The translations under genes were made by a program, and so were the position numbers. The notes under the pieces were generated by a model that worked only from the letters and a program-made list of their open reading frames with translations, was not told the DNA's origin and ran no database searches. This document shows positions 1 through 12,137 of a DNA stretch of 60,000 bases, piece after piece. The stretch covers positions 14,448,001 through 14,508,000 of the forward strand of contig OZ249436.1 in assembly GCA_965235115.1 (NCBI GenBank), given 5' to 3'. The stretch's first letter is position 1, and the number at the start of each line of letters is the position of its first letter. Source of the DNA: Laetmonice hystrix (taxonomy: Eukaryota).

Positions 1-13
1 GACCCAGACGGGG

Positions 14-281
14 TGAGCACGCGCGTGTCGCAGTTTGGGCTCACACCTCCGGTCGTCTGCTAGCTGATGGGCGGTGGAGTTTTCTTCCAAACAGTAATAA
101 ACGACAGCCTGGATAGGCAAATTGTGGACCAAAACTGACGGAGAAGAAAGGGGTTATTACGTGAGACTCAATTCAGACCTGATATTTCAGATAGTTTACC
201 GATAACGATACCAATACACACGACTCTGCAGCCCTCCTCCCGGAGATTTCAGACCGCGAAGAAAACAGACCGCGACACCGG
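14..281. mobile_element. Partial MITE, inverted copy of the CCGG-ended element at 20157-20508
   Basis: 14-281 is the reverse complement of ~20157-20425 with scattered mismatches. It ends in the TIR ...CCCGGAGATTTCAGACCGCGAAGAAAACAGACCGCGACACCGG. Confidence 0.85.
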
Positions 282-435
282 TAGGGCTCCCGGTCAGACG
301 GGCGGCCTTGATTGGTTCACAAAACGACTTGTTTATTGGACTGGATACTATCAAGACTCGAGAGACAATGAAATTGAAAACGTAGATTCTGATAGAATGA
401 TTGATAGAGTCAGTTAGTTAGCGTCCAGTCTGGAC

Positions 436-540
436 TGGGGCGAAACTACTTCTGAGTGGGGCGAATGGTCTTCTACCAGTGGGGCGAATCGTGTTTCCGA
501 GTGGGGCGAATCGGGAATGGGGCGAATCGACTATCTACCC
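436..540. repeat. Five spaced TGGGGCGAA repeats, probably the subterminal repeats of a DNA transposon end
   Basis: TGGGGCGAA occurs 5 times with short variable spacers and ends in CTATCTACCC. No partner end is seen. Confidence 0.6.
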
Positions 541-769
541 ATGGATGATGGAGGGTGGGGGACGGACGGGGTAACTTACTACTAACCATGCTAACTGCAG
601 ATCATCAAAAACATTCCATATCTACCTGCTATCTCTTGTCATTTTTGTCTTGAACGCTTGCTCCGTCTATTTATTTAAGCAACGAGCTTATTTCAAGCGG
701 GAGCACTACTGAAAGTACGATACCGACGCTGAAATTCCGTACGATTGTCCTACTTCGCCGACCACAGCA

Positions 770-1103
770 TTTAAAATGGCGGAAGTAGCGTATAACGTCA
801 ATGCCCACTTTTGGCATCAATGTTTCAAAATCCCCTTTTGAATCGTCAATTTTTTTGTACAAAGATTAAATATCTTATATCATCTTATAAAAATATCGTT
901 TTAAAGATATCATAATTCAATCATTCTCAAAATTAAAAGCTGACATTGTCGAAAAACGCACATGGCGCTTCATTTCCGGTCAGCGAAGAATCCATGCCGA
1001 AACGTTCAGTAGCGTACCGCGTGGACGAAAAGGAGTGTGGGGTTCTGAGGGAGACCGACTTTGTAAAATACAATTAATATTTGGCTTTATTCACCAAGTA
1101 AGT
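770..1103 (+). promoter_or_regulatory. Putative GAR1 promoter and non-coding first exon (donor at 1098)
   Basis: YY1/ETS composite AAAATGGCGGAAGT at ~773-786 and CATGGCG...TTTCCGG at ~961-979. Donor CAA|GTAAGT at 1098. The GAR1 ATG exon is preceded by an acceptor at 3708, so an upstream exon is required. Confidence 0.5.
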
Positions 1104-1779
1104 ACCTTAATAGTTCAATATTTAGTCTGTTTGGAAGTGTATGATTGAAACAAAGCTACCCTCGACCCTTTAAAAGTACGTATTATTGCAAACTTTGTGT
1201 AAACCCGCGGTCACCGGGTGGTGACCGGGTCGGCGGGTGTCGCGGCGGGCTCAAGTGACGTGATGAAACCGACGTGATACCTGCCAGAGGAGTGGGACAT
1301 GGGTTCTGCACCACGTTGACTCGGCCGGGGAGTCGGCCGCGTTGACCGACAGGAAGAGGGGGACCGGGTAGCCGGTGGCCCGTCGGCCCGCGCTCCCCCT
1401 CCCCGGCCCGGGGCCCGCCGTCCGCCGCCCCCAGTCCCCACTCCGCCCGGTAGCCTCCGCCCCCCCCCCCCAAACCCGATGACCAACGGGTCGACACCCA
1501 TGGCCCGACTCGGCACAGGTGGCGTGGCACACTCCTCGCATGTCCCACTCCTCTGGACACCCTCACATCTCCGCGGTCTCAGATCTCCGGGAGGTTTTTA
1601 CTTCGTATAAAGCGGGCCTCACATGGTGCGACTTTCTCTATGATACAATACAATAAAACATCCTGCCATATCTTGGCTATTGTATCATAGAGAATTGCAC
1701 ACTGCATCCCCTCACACGCTGTGGTTTTTCTGTGATATATTATTCGTGAACGCGCATGCGCTGCAATCATTACGTGTTA

Positions 1780-2057
1780 AGCTGGTGCTACACTAGGCGA
1801 CGCAACAAGCGATTTCCTTGCAACAACCCATCGCAACTGGGGGGATGCCAGTCGTTTGTCTCTCACTCGTTTACACTTGGCAACCGAAGCTGCAACCGTC
1901 GTCGCAAAGAATGAACATGTTCATTCTTTGCGATTTCACGTTCCTACGGTCGCAACGAGTTTGCGACGGGCGACGGAGCCTGCTACACTTCCATGCGACC
2001 GTGGGAACATGAAATCTCAATGTAATCGCAATTGAATGGCCTAGTGTAGCACCAGCT
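1780..2057. mobile_element. PIF/Harbinger-like MITE
   Basis: 19-bp perfect TIR AGCTGGTGCTACACTAGGC / GCCTAGTGTAGCACCAGCT, flanked by TTA on both sides. Confidence 0.85.
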
Positions 2058-2738
2058 TTAATCTGCTCGCAAACCTTGTCTACACGATGTTTGGAGTCCC
2101 AGTCTTTGTAAACGTTTACATAAGTCCGAGGTGTTGAACACACAGGCAGAACCAGCGGCGTCACACATCTGGCAGTGACGTTAATTACTTCATTCAGACA
2201 ACGTAATTGTGGCATTTATTGCCCTGGTGTTTCATTTGGTCTACGAAACCTTATTTGCCGTGGGAGTTTTCCCTCCCTTTAAACCAATGGAGAAATTGTG
2301 AGGTAACAATAATTTAGGGACAGGCTATTTTTGCTCATTCATGTGTCAAGGCCATGGGGCTTGCATGCCCTATTTGTAAAGTTCTTGTCGAACTGTCTGA
2401 AACAACAGAGTTACATCTAATAACTCAACTCCTCTGCGATATTTGGGCAAACATTTGCAGATCGAGGCTGTCATTTATTCTTGTTTGAAAGAAAACTCCA
2501 CTGCCCATCAGCTAGCAGATGGCCTGTGGGCCAGGGAATACATCAAAGAAAACAGTGTCTAGGGTGCATTCCCACATCTAGTGCAGGAGCAGAGGGAAAA
2601 GCTGCTTGTCTCTTTGTTCTGTGGGAGTAGGCTTTCACAGTGGTCAACCGTCTTTTGAAAAACCCAGGCGAGTCAAAAAAAACCCGCCTAGATTTCTTCA
2701 GTTATGAAGGCTAAACTCTGAAGTAAGCCTGACTGGAC

Positions 2739-3454
2739 CAGTGTTCTCCACAAGGCTCCAAGGTCGGGCGGGCCGCCCGACCTTGGCAGCGGGCCGCCCG
2801 ACCTTGGTCACGACCGCCCGACCTTGGCGGCCGACCGCCCGACCTTAAAATCCATTCCAATCGTCTAAACTCGCTTATCCCAGTAGCAATGAATCATACT
2901 CTTACTGGGCCTTAGTCTTAGAGCTAGTTAAAATTACTTAAATAACGATTTGACACAGCCAAACTACGTCACACTCGCCGTCTGACCAACCCAGGCCCCC
3001 TACGTTAAGTGGAATCGCCCACCGCACAGTGACTGGGGACAGCCCATTCTATGCTGTAAGGGTTGGTGAGCAGCGTAGCCGTAGCAACGACCGGGTCGGC
3101 CACTGTGTTCTACCGCTGATCTATCGAGCTGGGGGCATTTGGAATCATCCTGGGCGTAAAGTGTAATAAAAATTAAGTAAAATTAGCTCTTCGTTGTGGC
3201 ATACTGTTCTGGCTCAGGATTATAACCATGGTTTTCTGAACTTGGTCAGTTAAATATAGGCGATTGGGGTGCCTTCCGAGAGCAGTCATTTTCTCTCCCA
3301 GATGCCGGGAAATCGCATCTCCGGGCTTCTACAGTTCAAAATTTTCTGGGGGAGGACCCCCAGACCCCCCCCCCCCCAACCAAACGGCGCTCGCGCCTTC
3401 GGTGCTCGTCACATCGGGCCGCCCGACCTTGGCCCGACCCTGTGGAGAACACTG
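2739..3454. mobile_element. hAT-like non-autonomous element with subterminal repeats
   Basis: TIR CAGTGTTCTCCACA / TGTGGAGAACACTG. The CCGCCCGACCTT(GG) motif occurs 4 times at the left end and again at the right end. Flanks CTGGAC/TTGGAC. Confidence 0.8.
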
Positions 3455-3711
3455 TTGGACACTTTTAAAGTTACTGCTGCAACTTGTAGAGTTGTAGTTA
3501 TGGATTTGGATTGGGGTTTTATACACCCAGAAGTGATAAGCCCTGTGGTGTAACCCACGGGCTTGTCACCACAGGGTGTCTCACCTCAGGGTTCGAATCC
3601 TCAGAGGCCTCTGTATAGTTGTAGAAATGTTGTGCCGAAATTGTGCATTTTGCCAACCTCTTGGGCAAGCGAGCAAAGCTTTTCATTGAAGGAATTTTTT
3701 TTTTTAAGATC

Positions 3712-3823
3712 ATGTCATTCCGTGGTGGTGGTGGTGGTAACTTCCGTGGACGTGGTGGCGGAGGTAACTTTCGCGGAGGAGGAAGAGGACGAGGCCGTGG
3801 TGGGGATCGAGGAGGAAGAGGGG
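3712..3823 (+). CDS. GAR1: H/ACA ribonucleoprotein subunit GAR1, coding exon 1 (N-terminal GAR domain)
   Basis: Acceptor TTTTTAAG ends at 3708, ATG at 3712, MSFRGGGGGNFRGRGG..., donor G|GTAAGA at 3824. Confidence 0.92.
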
Positions 3824-4200
3824 GTAAGAACTATGCCTCTGCACAACTTAGACAATTTCAATGGTATAGCTTCAAAGATAGGTGGTTAGATTAGTGGGTG
3901 TCCTTGTACTTTTATGGTATCAATGCATACAGAGGGCAGAACTGGGGGTTTTAAAGGCCTAAAAGAGCTTTGACCTAAATGGGAACAAACAGAGATCAAG
4001 TCAGGGAAATAAATGCAAGAGCAAAATTAGATAAGTAAAGGCTTCTCCCCAAGCTTGATGCTTCTTTGGCTTGTTCTATGAGGGCTCGGTTGTAGAATAT
4101 GGTCGTTTCACTAACTTGGTTAAAGGAACAATGTCTTCTTTAAAAGAGAAGAGGAAAATATTAAATTGGTTGATAAGTTGTGTCTTATTTCTAACTATAG

Positions 4201-4248
4201 GCTATGGAGGGCGAGGATATGACCAAGGACCACCAGAACAAGTTGTCG
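4201..4248 (+). CDS. GAR1: GAR1 coding exon 2
   Basis: Acceptor CTATAG ends at 4200, (G)YGGRGYDQGPPEQVV, donor G|GTCTGT at 4249. Confidence 0.92.
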
Positions 4249-4437
4249 GTCTGTATTTGCTGTTTTGCCTAGAATTCATTTCAACGTGATAGTTGACAGC
4301 AGTCCACTTAATTAGCAGGACCTGGGATCATTCATAATATTAACAATTCTAAATCGTTTTTCCTAAATCTGTCATCTGGTTTTCGAATGTAAAATGTTAT
4401 TGTCTGAATACATTCATGCATGTTCTTTTATTTTTAG

Positions 4438-4586
4438 AACTAGGACAATACATGTATCCGTGTGAAGATGATCTGGTCTGCAAGTGTACAAATGAGAAGA
4501 TACCACACTTCAATGCTCCTTTGTATTTAGAGAACAAGCAACAGATTGGCAAGGTTGACGAAATCTTTGGCCCAATCAGAGACTTT
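4438..4586 (+). CDS. GAR1: GAR1 coding exon 3 (core domain)
   Basis: (E)[49 protein letters not shown], followed by the U12-type donor GTATCCTTT. Confidence 0.95.
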
Positions 4587-4797
4587 GTATCCTTTTACAT
4601 TTTGTCTTGATACCTGTTTTCAGTGGAGCTTTGTCTGAGGAAATGTAGAAAGGTTCCCATGTGGTGTTTACTGGGCTTTAAGTGATCCTTTTGTGTTTTT
4701 TCTCGAAATTGATCAAAATTGTGAGGAATGTGTAGTTTCTGTAACGTTTGTTATAAAATTTTCCTGCAATATAGGTTATTCCTTAACACAGTACCAG
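4587..4797 (+). other. U12-type (minor spliceosome) GT-AG intron in GAR1
   Basis: 5' site GTATCCTTTT. Branch consensus TTCCTTAAC at 4779-4787, 10 nt before the CAG ending at 4797. No polypyrimidine tract. Confidence 0.92.
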
Positions 4798-4951
4798 TTT
4801 TTCTCAGTAAAGCTATCGGAAAACATGAGTGCAAGTTCATTTAAAAAGACTGAGAAATTCTTCATAGACCCCTACAAACTGTTGCCATTAGCTCGGTTCA
4901 TTGGTGAAGGATCCAGAGGCGGCGGACGGGGAGGAAGAGGTGGACGGGGTG
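4798..4951 (+). CDS. GAR1: GAR1 coding exon 4
   Basis: [34 protein letters not shown]...RGGRG, donor G|GTCTGT at 4952. An alternative AG ending at 4791 would add YQ. Confidence 0.9.
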
Positions 4952-4988
4952 GTCTGTACAATTTTTATGATTTCTAAAATCATTGATA

Positions 4989-5631
4989 CCATATATACCC
5001 AACAGATGGACCACCAAAAAGATAGCCATAGGGGGATTTAGACCCCATGGTCAGGGAAAAAGTTTCCTGGAATTGCTGAGCTGCAGCTCCTTGATCTGCT
5101 GACCCCAAGCTTACAACATCTAACTGTAATGTACAAAACATGCATGGTCACAATATAGCCAGAACGTTCTCTTTGTTTTTAAAACATCTTTTGGAGAAAC
5201 TTTAGAGGGCTATTCACAGAACCCCCACTTTTAAAGCCATCACAGATGCAATGACCAGTCTAGTTCCTAGAGTAACCACTAGGTGTCTCACCAAGTGAGC
5301 AGACGTCCTGCCCTTGCACTGCCACGTGTAAGTGCAGGGACTAGTAAGATGCTGGGGGTTAGTGTTATGAGGCATACAATACAAAAAAGTATAAAAGTAA
5401 TTATGCCAAATAAAATTGCAGCAATATGAAATAAATAAATAAATAAGTTCATATTCAAAAGCAAGTCCGTACATGAGTGTAGTGACCCCTGGTAGCGTGG
5501 GTGGGAACCCTCCTTTAGTTGGCTCTGTGGGCTGGGAGGGAAGCCTTAGGGTCTGGATAGCTGGCCGCACCCGTAACTTTGAGGTGGGACTCTAGGGTAA
5601 AAAAATTCTGCGATCTGTTGGATATATACGG
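4989..5631. mobile_element. Tc1/mariner(pogo)-like MITE in the last GAR1 intron
   Basis: TA|CCATATATACCCAACAGAT ... ATCTGTTGGATATATACGG|TA. TIR of ~19 bp with 2 mismatches and a TA duplication. Confidence 0.7.
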
Positions 5632-5821
5632 TACATGATAGATAAATTTTAACTGACTTGCATCCCCAAAGCATAAAATACAATTAAAGGAATCAATTAC
5701 AAATTTTTCTTATGCAGTTCCAATTTTATACTTAATTTAATGGTTGGGATCATCTGCATATAGAAACAATCAATATGTGCATTGTACACTTACTGATGAT
5801 TTAAATATATCTTCTGTCCAG

Positions 5822-5976
5822 GTGGTCGAGGTGGCTTCCGGGGTGGACGTGGCGGAGGTGGCTTCCGGGGAGGACGAGGTGGAGGGGGCTTCAGAGGAGG
5901 ACGTGGTGGCGGCAGTGGCTTCAGAGGAGGACGTGGTGGCCGTGGTGGTGGCGGCTTTAGAGGAAGGGGGCGTTAA
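5822..5976 (+). CDS. GAR1: GAR1 last coding exon (C-terminal GAR repeats)
   Basis: Acceptor CTGTCCAG ends at 5821, repeated GGFRGGRGG, stop TAA at 5974-5976, AATAAA at 5994-5999. Confidence 0.92.
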
Positions 5977-7147
5977 AAACATGGTGTTGCAAAAATAAAG
6001 TTGCAGAACTAAATCAATGCATAAATATATTCAGAAGAGGAGTTTCTTGCCCATCGGGCAAGAAAAATATGTTTTAAGATTTCATGCATATTTTCAGTCA
6101 TTTCATCAGGGTCTATACCAATTCAGATGAGAATTAGAAAAGTACATCTTTTTGTAGTACAGTCTGTACACAACGTCAAAGGGAACCCGGCTCTTCAATC
6201 GATTTTTATATTTGAGGGCAGTGTACATATTTAATATGTGCATGTTATGTATTCACTCGGTTGATATGAGAATTTCACAGCACATTGTACATAAAGAAGG
6301 TCTATGGAAGCAGCATTTTTGTAATCATTGCTGATCACATGCTGTTTGAAGATAGACTCGTCTGGCTCATTAAAGGAATGTGAAAATAGAATTTAAAAAC
6401 GTTTTGTTGCACACTCTTTTGTACTTAATTTTATTCGTACTGGTGCCATGCAAGAGGATGTAGAGGGTACCCCACCCCCAGACAGGTAATTTTCCCCCTC
6501 TGACCTTACAATTCATCTCTTAATCAATGTTTGCAAAGAAGCGAGCGCTGATTCTATTTGTTGGCCTTAGTTGTTTTGACATTTGAAATCCTGTTTTTCT
6601 CAAACATGCAGTGTAACCAGACTGACTATAAGCCCCTGCAATGGATTAGATTTCTATTCACTGTACTCCTTCCCCAAACATGGCGGATATACTTTTTAGG
6701 CCCCTTTAGTGAACAGGGTTCGAGCACAACTCGGAAAAGTAAATTTCGTGACTTTTGCAGGACAAAGGTAATCTTCCAAACTATTTCCTCCCGAGTGTTG
6801 GGTCCAGTCAAAAGAATGGTCCCCTTTCACCCTTCTAATTTAAAAGAAGCTTCTAGTCCCTTTCAAACATTAAAAAGATGTGACGTGATGATTGCATATG
6901 AGGGCATTTTATCCTAATTTTTGATTATTTCAAGGCACGTCAATGATTTGGGATGAAGTCGAAATAACCCTGTAAGTATTTTTTTAGGGGGGGATCTCCT
7001 ATAACACACCCATAATACACACATAATAAGGTTTGTAAAGATGGTTATTCTGACACCATCTACCGATAAGTCACAGGCTAATAAAAATGAAGCTGAGCTG
7101 CCGAATTAAGTTGGAAAAACACCAAATTAAATATCGAAATATCACTA

Positions 7148-7286
7148 ACATTGTGAATGGTCATTGACATTGAATGATACCTGTGTATTGAAGACATTGT
7201 GAATGGTTATTAAAATTTAATGATACATGTGTACATGTATTGAAGACATTGTGAATGGTCATTAAATGATACATGTGTATTGAAGA
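7148..7286. repeat. Minisatellite, three imperfect ~41-52 bp units
   Basis: ACATTGTGAATGGT(C/T)ATT...ATGATAC(C/A)TGTGTA..TTGAAG repeated 3 times. Confidence 0.85.
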
Positions 7287-7560
7287 AAACAGACACGATA
7301 TATTCATGGTTTCTCCATTTATTACGAAAAGTGCACAGATCATTAAAAACATTGTAATAGTAATTGATACGTAATTGTAAACATTTTTTTGAGTATAATG
7401 TAAAGTAGCAGTTACCTGGAAGGACTTTTTTGCTAGCTTAAATGAAAACACCTTCTTTATAGCGACCATTTCTGGTCTTAGCTAGTTCTGTGTACAGGAA
7501 GATAAGCAACATCAGAATACTGTACGTTCTGAATTACATGGACACTTTAATATATCATAA

Positions 7561-8270
7561 AGCTGCCCGTTTAAAAAAAATATCTACCCCCTTTTGTATG
7601 ACACAAATTCGATTTGCCTGCAATCCCTAAATTCAAAGCAAAACTGCCCATATGGTTAGAATACCGCGGCAGCGTGCGATATCGCCTACTGGCAACTTCC
7701 TTCGCTACATGCAGCCGAGTGATTTACGGTTGCCAGGAGCTATTTTCACCAAGACTACGAGCTCGTATATATATATTAATGCCGTATAGCTCGTAAACAA
7801 GAAAAAAAACTATTTTGCTATAATGATCTACAGAAAATACGAGCTCGTAAAATACGATTATTTAGTAAAACGGTCTCCTGATCACTCAATACATTGTTAC
7901 TTGTATTGCGGGGAATCTCTGGTGCTGCGTGCACGTTTTTTTGTTCACTTCCACTAAAGGCAGCAACAGGGATGTTGTTACAGACGACGGGATTCCCCGA
8001 AAGTGGTAGTAATTATGGGACGGTCCTGACGTCATTTGGAGTGCTAGTCGCTTTTTGAATTGCTCGATTAACATGGATAACGAGTGGGCTGACTTGCTTC
8101 TAATTACTGCAAGTCCCGAGCTAACTTGTAACTGCATGTATGTAAGGTACATTTTTTAAAATGTTGTTATTTCGGTTATTTACCCTAAAGAAGTTTTCGG
8201 TACATAATAAGTACCGGTTATCAAAACCGTCCAGCAAGGTTTAATTTGGGGGTTTAAAAACGGAGCAGCT
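7561..8270. mobile_element. Possible Kolobok-like non-autonomous element
   Basis: Imperfect TIR TAAAGCTGCCCGTTT / AAACGGAGCAGCTTTA with degenerate TTAA-like flanks. Confidence 0.45.
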
Positions 8271-9800
8271 TTACCAAAGTATATCATGCCTCTTCAAACA
8301 AGAAAGCACCAAAATTGTTCAGTGATATATGTTTAGCACAAGGCCCTTATTACACGACTCACCAATGGGTACAGATTTCATTCATGTAAATGTATATTAT
8401 AACGTATAAGTACTTAGTATCCAGTCAGTGTGTGGTGAGCAAGTATCACGTAAGTTACTAGCGGCGCATTCTTCTGTGAAGAAAGTAAGGGACAGGTTTA
8501 CAGCCCCTCTTGGCAGCAGTAGATGGGTTTGTGAGCTTTTCAAGTAGCGGGGTACATGTACCCCCAGGACAACGATGGCACCCATGTATCTCGTGATTCA
8601 ATTTTTTTTTCGGTTTTCCGTTTTCAAAACGATATATGGTAGCACGTATATGCTTTTTGATACAGTAAAATTTACTGATATGATGATTTGCTAACCTACA
8701 TATCACATCCAATACTTCCCCCGATTTCGGTCCTTTTTGCTGTTTTACAAAGACATAACATTATTACTTTTAGTACCCTCTTTTCAGAAATGTCAGCCAA
8801 ATACTGTATGTACATGCATGCAACAGTCGTTTCATTCATGTAATACATGTAATTCCTCACAAATTTGAAACCAGTCAAATTAATCCATACATATATTCTT
8901 TGGAGGGCCGAGTTCTTTTTGCTTCGAAACTGTCCAAAATACCAAATTACTGGAAAATTAATGTACACACTCTTGAAACAAGGTATAAAACTGTTTTGAG
9001 GAAACGATCATTTTTGGTAATACTGGTTATCATTGTTGCATACAGGCATTCTTATACTTTTAATTCACGGCTTCTTTTTTTTTCAGGATAATCTTAATAT
9101 CTTTATGTTGAAACAACAACAAAAAAGAAGTAAATACCTCGTTTGGTCAGTGGATTTCTATACGTCTATATAGAGGGTTACATGTATGATATCACAGGCT
9201 ATTTTAACACTGATCCGTATTTATACTTTAATCACCCATCATTTTCATGACTCCATATTATCTCTTATCCTGACATCTTGTGGCACAATATATCCATGAA
9301 ATAAACCACTGGACTTGCTATTTATGACAGCAATATTTTGCATATGACGCTCATTAGACCTACTGTAGGTTCACAGTTTCTGGTACAAAATACATCACAT
9401 ATATCGTACATGTAGGTATAACAGTTTTATCCTGTTTACAGTCTTATTGCCGTAGTTTTCATCATGTCATAACCAAGGAATACATATACCGATAATTATA
9501 TGGAACTTTGATATATGTACGTCAATTTAAGTAATTTGAATTAATTAAGTATCTGTGTCCACATTACATAGTCTAGCCTATAAACATAACCGAGGAATAA
9601 ATCCACAATGCAGACAGCTATGACGTACTATATAACGTACGTAATGAGCAATGTGCCAAAGATTGATAATTAATATTTGCCTAATAAGCATGAAAATATA
9701 GAGTATAAGGCCTGCAACGAGATTTTAAAGGCATATATTCACAATATAATCTGGTAAGTGTAACGAAGAGGCAGTGGAAACAACACCTACACAGCCTTAA

Positions 9801-10006
9801 GGCTATCGATTGCCTGAATTTGGGACGTGATTGGGCGTCAGTGGGTCATAGGCAGTCGGGACCCAGTCGGCACGAAGCACTCCCGACCGCCCCCGATTCA
9901 ATATAAAAAAAGTTTGATATTTGATCGGCGCCGATCGCCTCCCGGCCCGAATTGGCGCCAACCCGATTGTTACCAATCGGGTCGGGGAGGGCAATGCGTC
10001 ATAGCC
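9801..10006. mobile_element. Harbinger-like MITE
   Basis: TTAA|GGCTAT..ATTGCC ... GGCAATGCGTCATAGCC|TTAA. GC-rich insert in AT-rich surroundings. Confidence 0.7.
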
Positions 10007-10107
10007 TTAACGTTAGGAAGTCATTTCTGAACTATTTTCTTCTACTAAGCAAAAGCACCATACTAGGTCTGGAATGTGAAGGAAATTTTCAATGTGGTAT
10101 AATAATA

Positions 10108-10317
10108 CCGTATATGTCCTATTTGCCGCGCACCTCCTATTTGCCGCGCACCCCAGCATTTTTTAAAACCCAATGTGTTTGTCAGGGGTGGAAATTTGGG
10201 AAAACTCATATTGGGGACCTATTTGGAAAGAAAATGCCCCCTTAACGTTAAAATAATTCATTTGCCGTGCACCCCCCTTCTGCACACGCGCATGCGCGGC
10301 AAATAGGACATATACGG
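10108..10317. mobile_element. Tc1/mariner(pogo)-like MITE
   Basis: 25-bp perfect TIR CCGTATATGTCCTATTTGCCGCGCA with TA duplication. The TCCTATTTGCCGCGCACC motif is duplicated internally. Confidence 0.88.
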
Positions 10318-11278
10318 TACACATCTTCTTTGTTCCGAGGTACCGGTACATCAATGCTGAACAGAAATTTAGTGTCATGTAATTCAGTGTTTCGAACACA
10401 TGTGGAATCTAATGTCTTTAGCATAGATCTATCCATAAGAAAATCACGTAGTCTTCTTTCTAAAGTTTTTTCAAAACTAGTGGATAATGTTGCCTCTTCT
10501 ATCGATAGCAAATCACAACATAAGGACGAACGACATCAGTTACACTGTTTAACCTTTTTACAGATTTTTTTCTCTCAAGTATCTTACAGTTCACGTGGAA
10601 TTAAAAGTTCATGGTAAACAAACTGCATTGCATTGCATAATATATGGACAGGTTAGCGTAATCTAGACACTCGTACCGCACCAACATTCCACAATCTGTT
10701 TCAAGAAGCACCAAGTTCTACGATTGACTTGGGTTGACTGGATAATCACGGGTATCAATCGTTTAGCTACAGCTTTTTTAGACTTCAATTTAAGAGCGCT
10801 TTGACCTCTTTTGTAGAATGTACCGGTAATCTCATTTTTTGGCCATCAAATATAGTAAAAGATGCACCGTACACAGTATGAACGGTTATCATGTATAAAG
10901 CAGGGGGAAAGAGTGGTAATTACACCATGTACAGACATTAAAAGAATATTTCCAGAAAATCTAAGATAACTCTAATTATTAGAAGCAATTCAAATAATAG
11001 CAGGCTCGACACACAAATAAACTCTGGCAATACAGAAAATCTTCACCCGTCTTTAAGTTTTCGATGGCCACAATGTCATTCCCGTATAAAAGATATTGTA
11101 TTGGAGAAAAAGCAAAGACCTACGAAATAGGTCGTAAAAGGTCCTCTGTTTGTTGGAGATAGACCTTGATCCACCATTACCTTTACAGACGTAGATGAGG
11201 TAGCATCTTATTAACTATATACATGCACATTATATAATACCAATATCATGGTCTGTATTTTTTTACAACTAGACCTTA

Positions 11279-12137
11279 TATCGGGTGGATAAAAAAAAAC
11301 GCCCCGAACTTTAAACTTCAATATTTCAAAAAGTAATGATTGTACTTCAATGAAATTTATCTTCCTATCACTTCATGATGTTGTCTCTTAGTTGGTAATG
11401 TTACAAGTCAATAGCTTGGATAATATTTCCGTGGCGCTAAAAACAAAAATCATTGTACAAAAGCGCAATGCGGTGCTAAAGCGAGGTGTAGTCGCACCCA
11501 GAATGCCTGGCCTCACATTCGAGTAGGTGGTCAATCGGTCCCCCGTTTTCACTTCATACTGCTCTCAGTCTCATTTTCCATGAGCCAATGCACTTCCTGA
11601 TATCTGATAGGGAAATATCTTCGCAACATTGGGAAATATGCAACGTTCTGAATGTGTTGCAAAACGTGATAATGATACGATTTCCCTTGAACTTCTGGTT
11701 ACAGTCATATCGTCCTAATGTTGCAGTTTCTCTGTAGGGTTTGGCACATTAAACATCTGTATTTCTCTAGAAGTACTAGGAATAGCCCATAATTTAGTAT
11801 ATCTAGTGGTCCACAACATTATACATATTGTAAAACATGCAAAATCTAAATATTGAAAATGTTTTTACCCAAGGTACAACGCGGTGCATCAAACAGGTAT
11901 CAAATTGGACACCTGGCAGCTGCATGATATTTGACTTAATTCCGGCATTGCGTTTTTAGACACTGATTTTTGTTTTTAGCGCCACGGGATTAATATCAAA
12001 GCTATTGAGCTGAAACTTTAACATACCAGAGATAATATCATGAAGTTATAGTAAGAGAAATTTTATTGAATTATAATGCATAGTTTTTGAAATATTAAAG
12101 TTTAAATTTCGGGGCGTTTTTTTTTATCCACCCGATA
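11279..12137. mobile_element. Tc1/mariner-like non-autonomous element with long (~190 bp) TIRs
   Basis: TATCGGGTGGATAAAAAAAAACGCCCCGAA... and its reverse complement ending ...TTATCCACCCGATA, with TA flanks. A second copy starts at 15519. Confidence 0.9.

Larger units (their letters stand above)
3712..5976 (+). other. GAR1: GAR1 gene coding span: join(3712-3823,4201-4248,4438-4586,4798-4951,5822-5976), 618 nt, 205 aa
   Basis: N- and C-terminal RGG/FRGG repeats flank the Gar1 core ([44 protein letters not shown]). All exon phases are consistent. Confidence 0.95.

Noticed and set aside
436..540. CRISPR-like spaced repeats (TGGGGCGAA x5)
   Set aside because: The repeat is only 9-12 bp with 7-14 bp spacers, the context is eukaryotic and there are no cas genes. 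It fits transposon subterminal repeats.
574..760. Possible first exon of a gene divergent from GAR1 (minus-strand GTAAGT at 579-574)
   Set aside because: All frames are closed by stops and the only support is one donor-like hexamer.
1183..1566. Three overlapping GC-rich minus-strand ORFs
   Set aside because: Low-complexity Gly/Arg/Pro translations of a GC-rich insert, with no recognisable domain or splice structure.
2490..2645. H/ACA snoRNA-like hairpins in GAR1 intron 1 (AGAAAA, CCCACA/TGTGGG stem, ACA)
   Set aside because: The pocket-to-ACA distance is far longer than the canonical 14-16 nt and the first hairpin is poor.
3960..4135. H/ACA snoRNA candidate in the GAR1 intron 3824-4200
   Set aside because: ANANNA and ACA boxes are present, but two convincing hairpins could not be folded. 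Such boxes are common by chance.
5744..5998. Alternative-frame and antisense ORFs over the GAR1 RGG exons (also 3563-3889)
   Set aside because: Shadow ORFs of the repetitive Gly/Arg codons.
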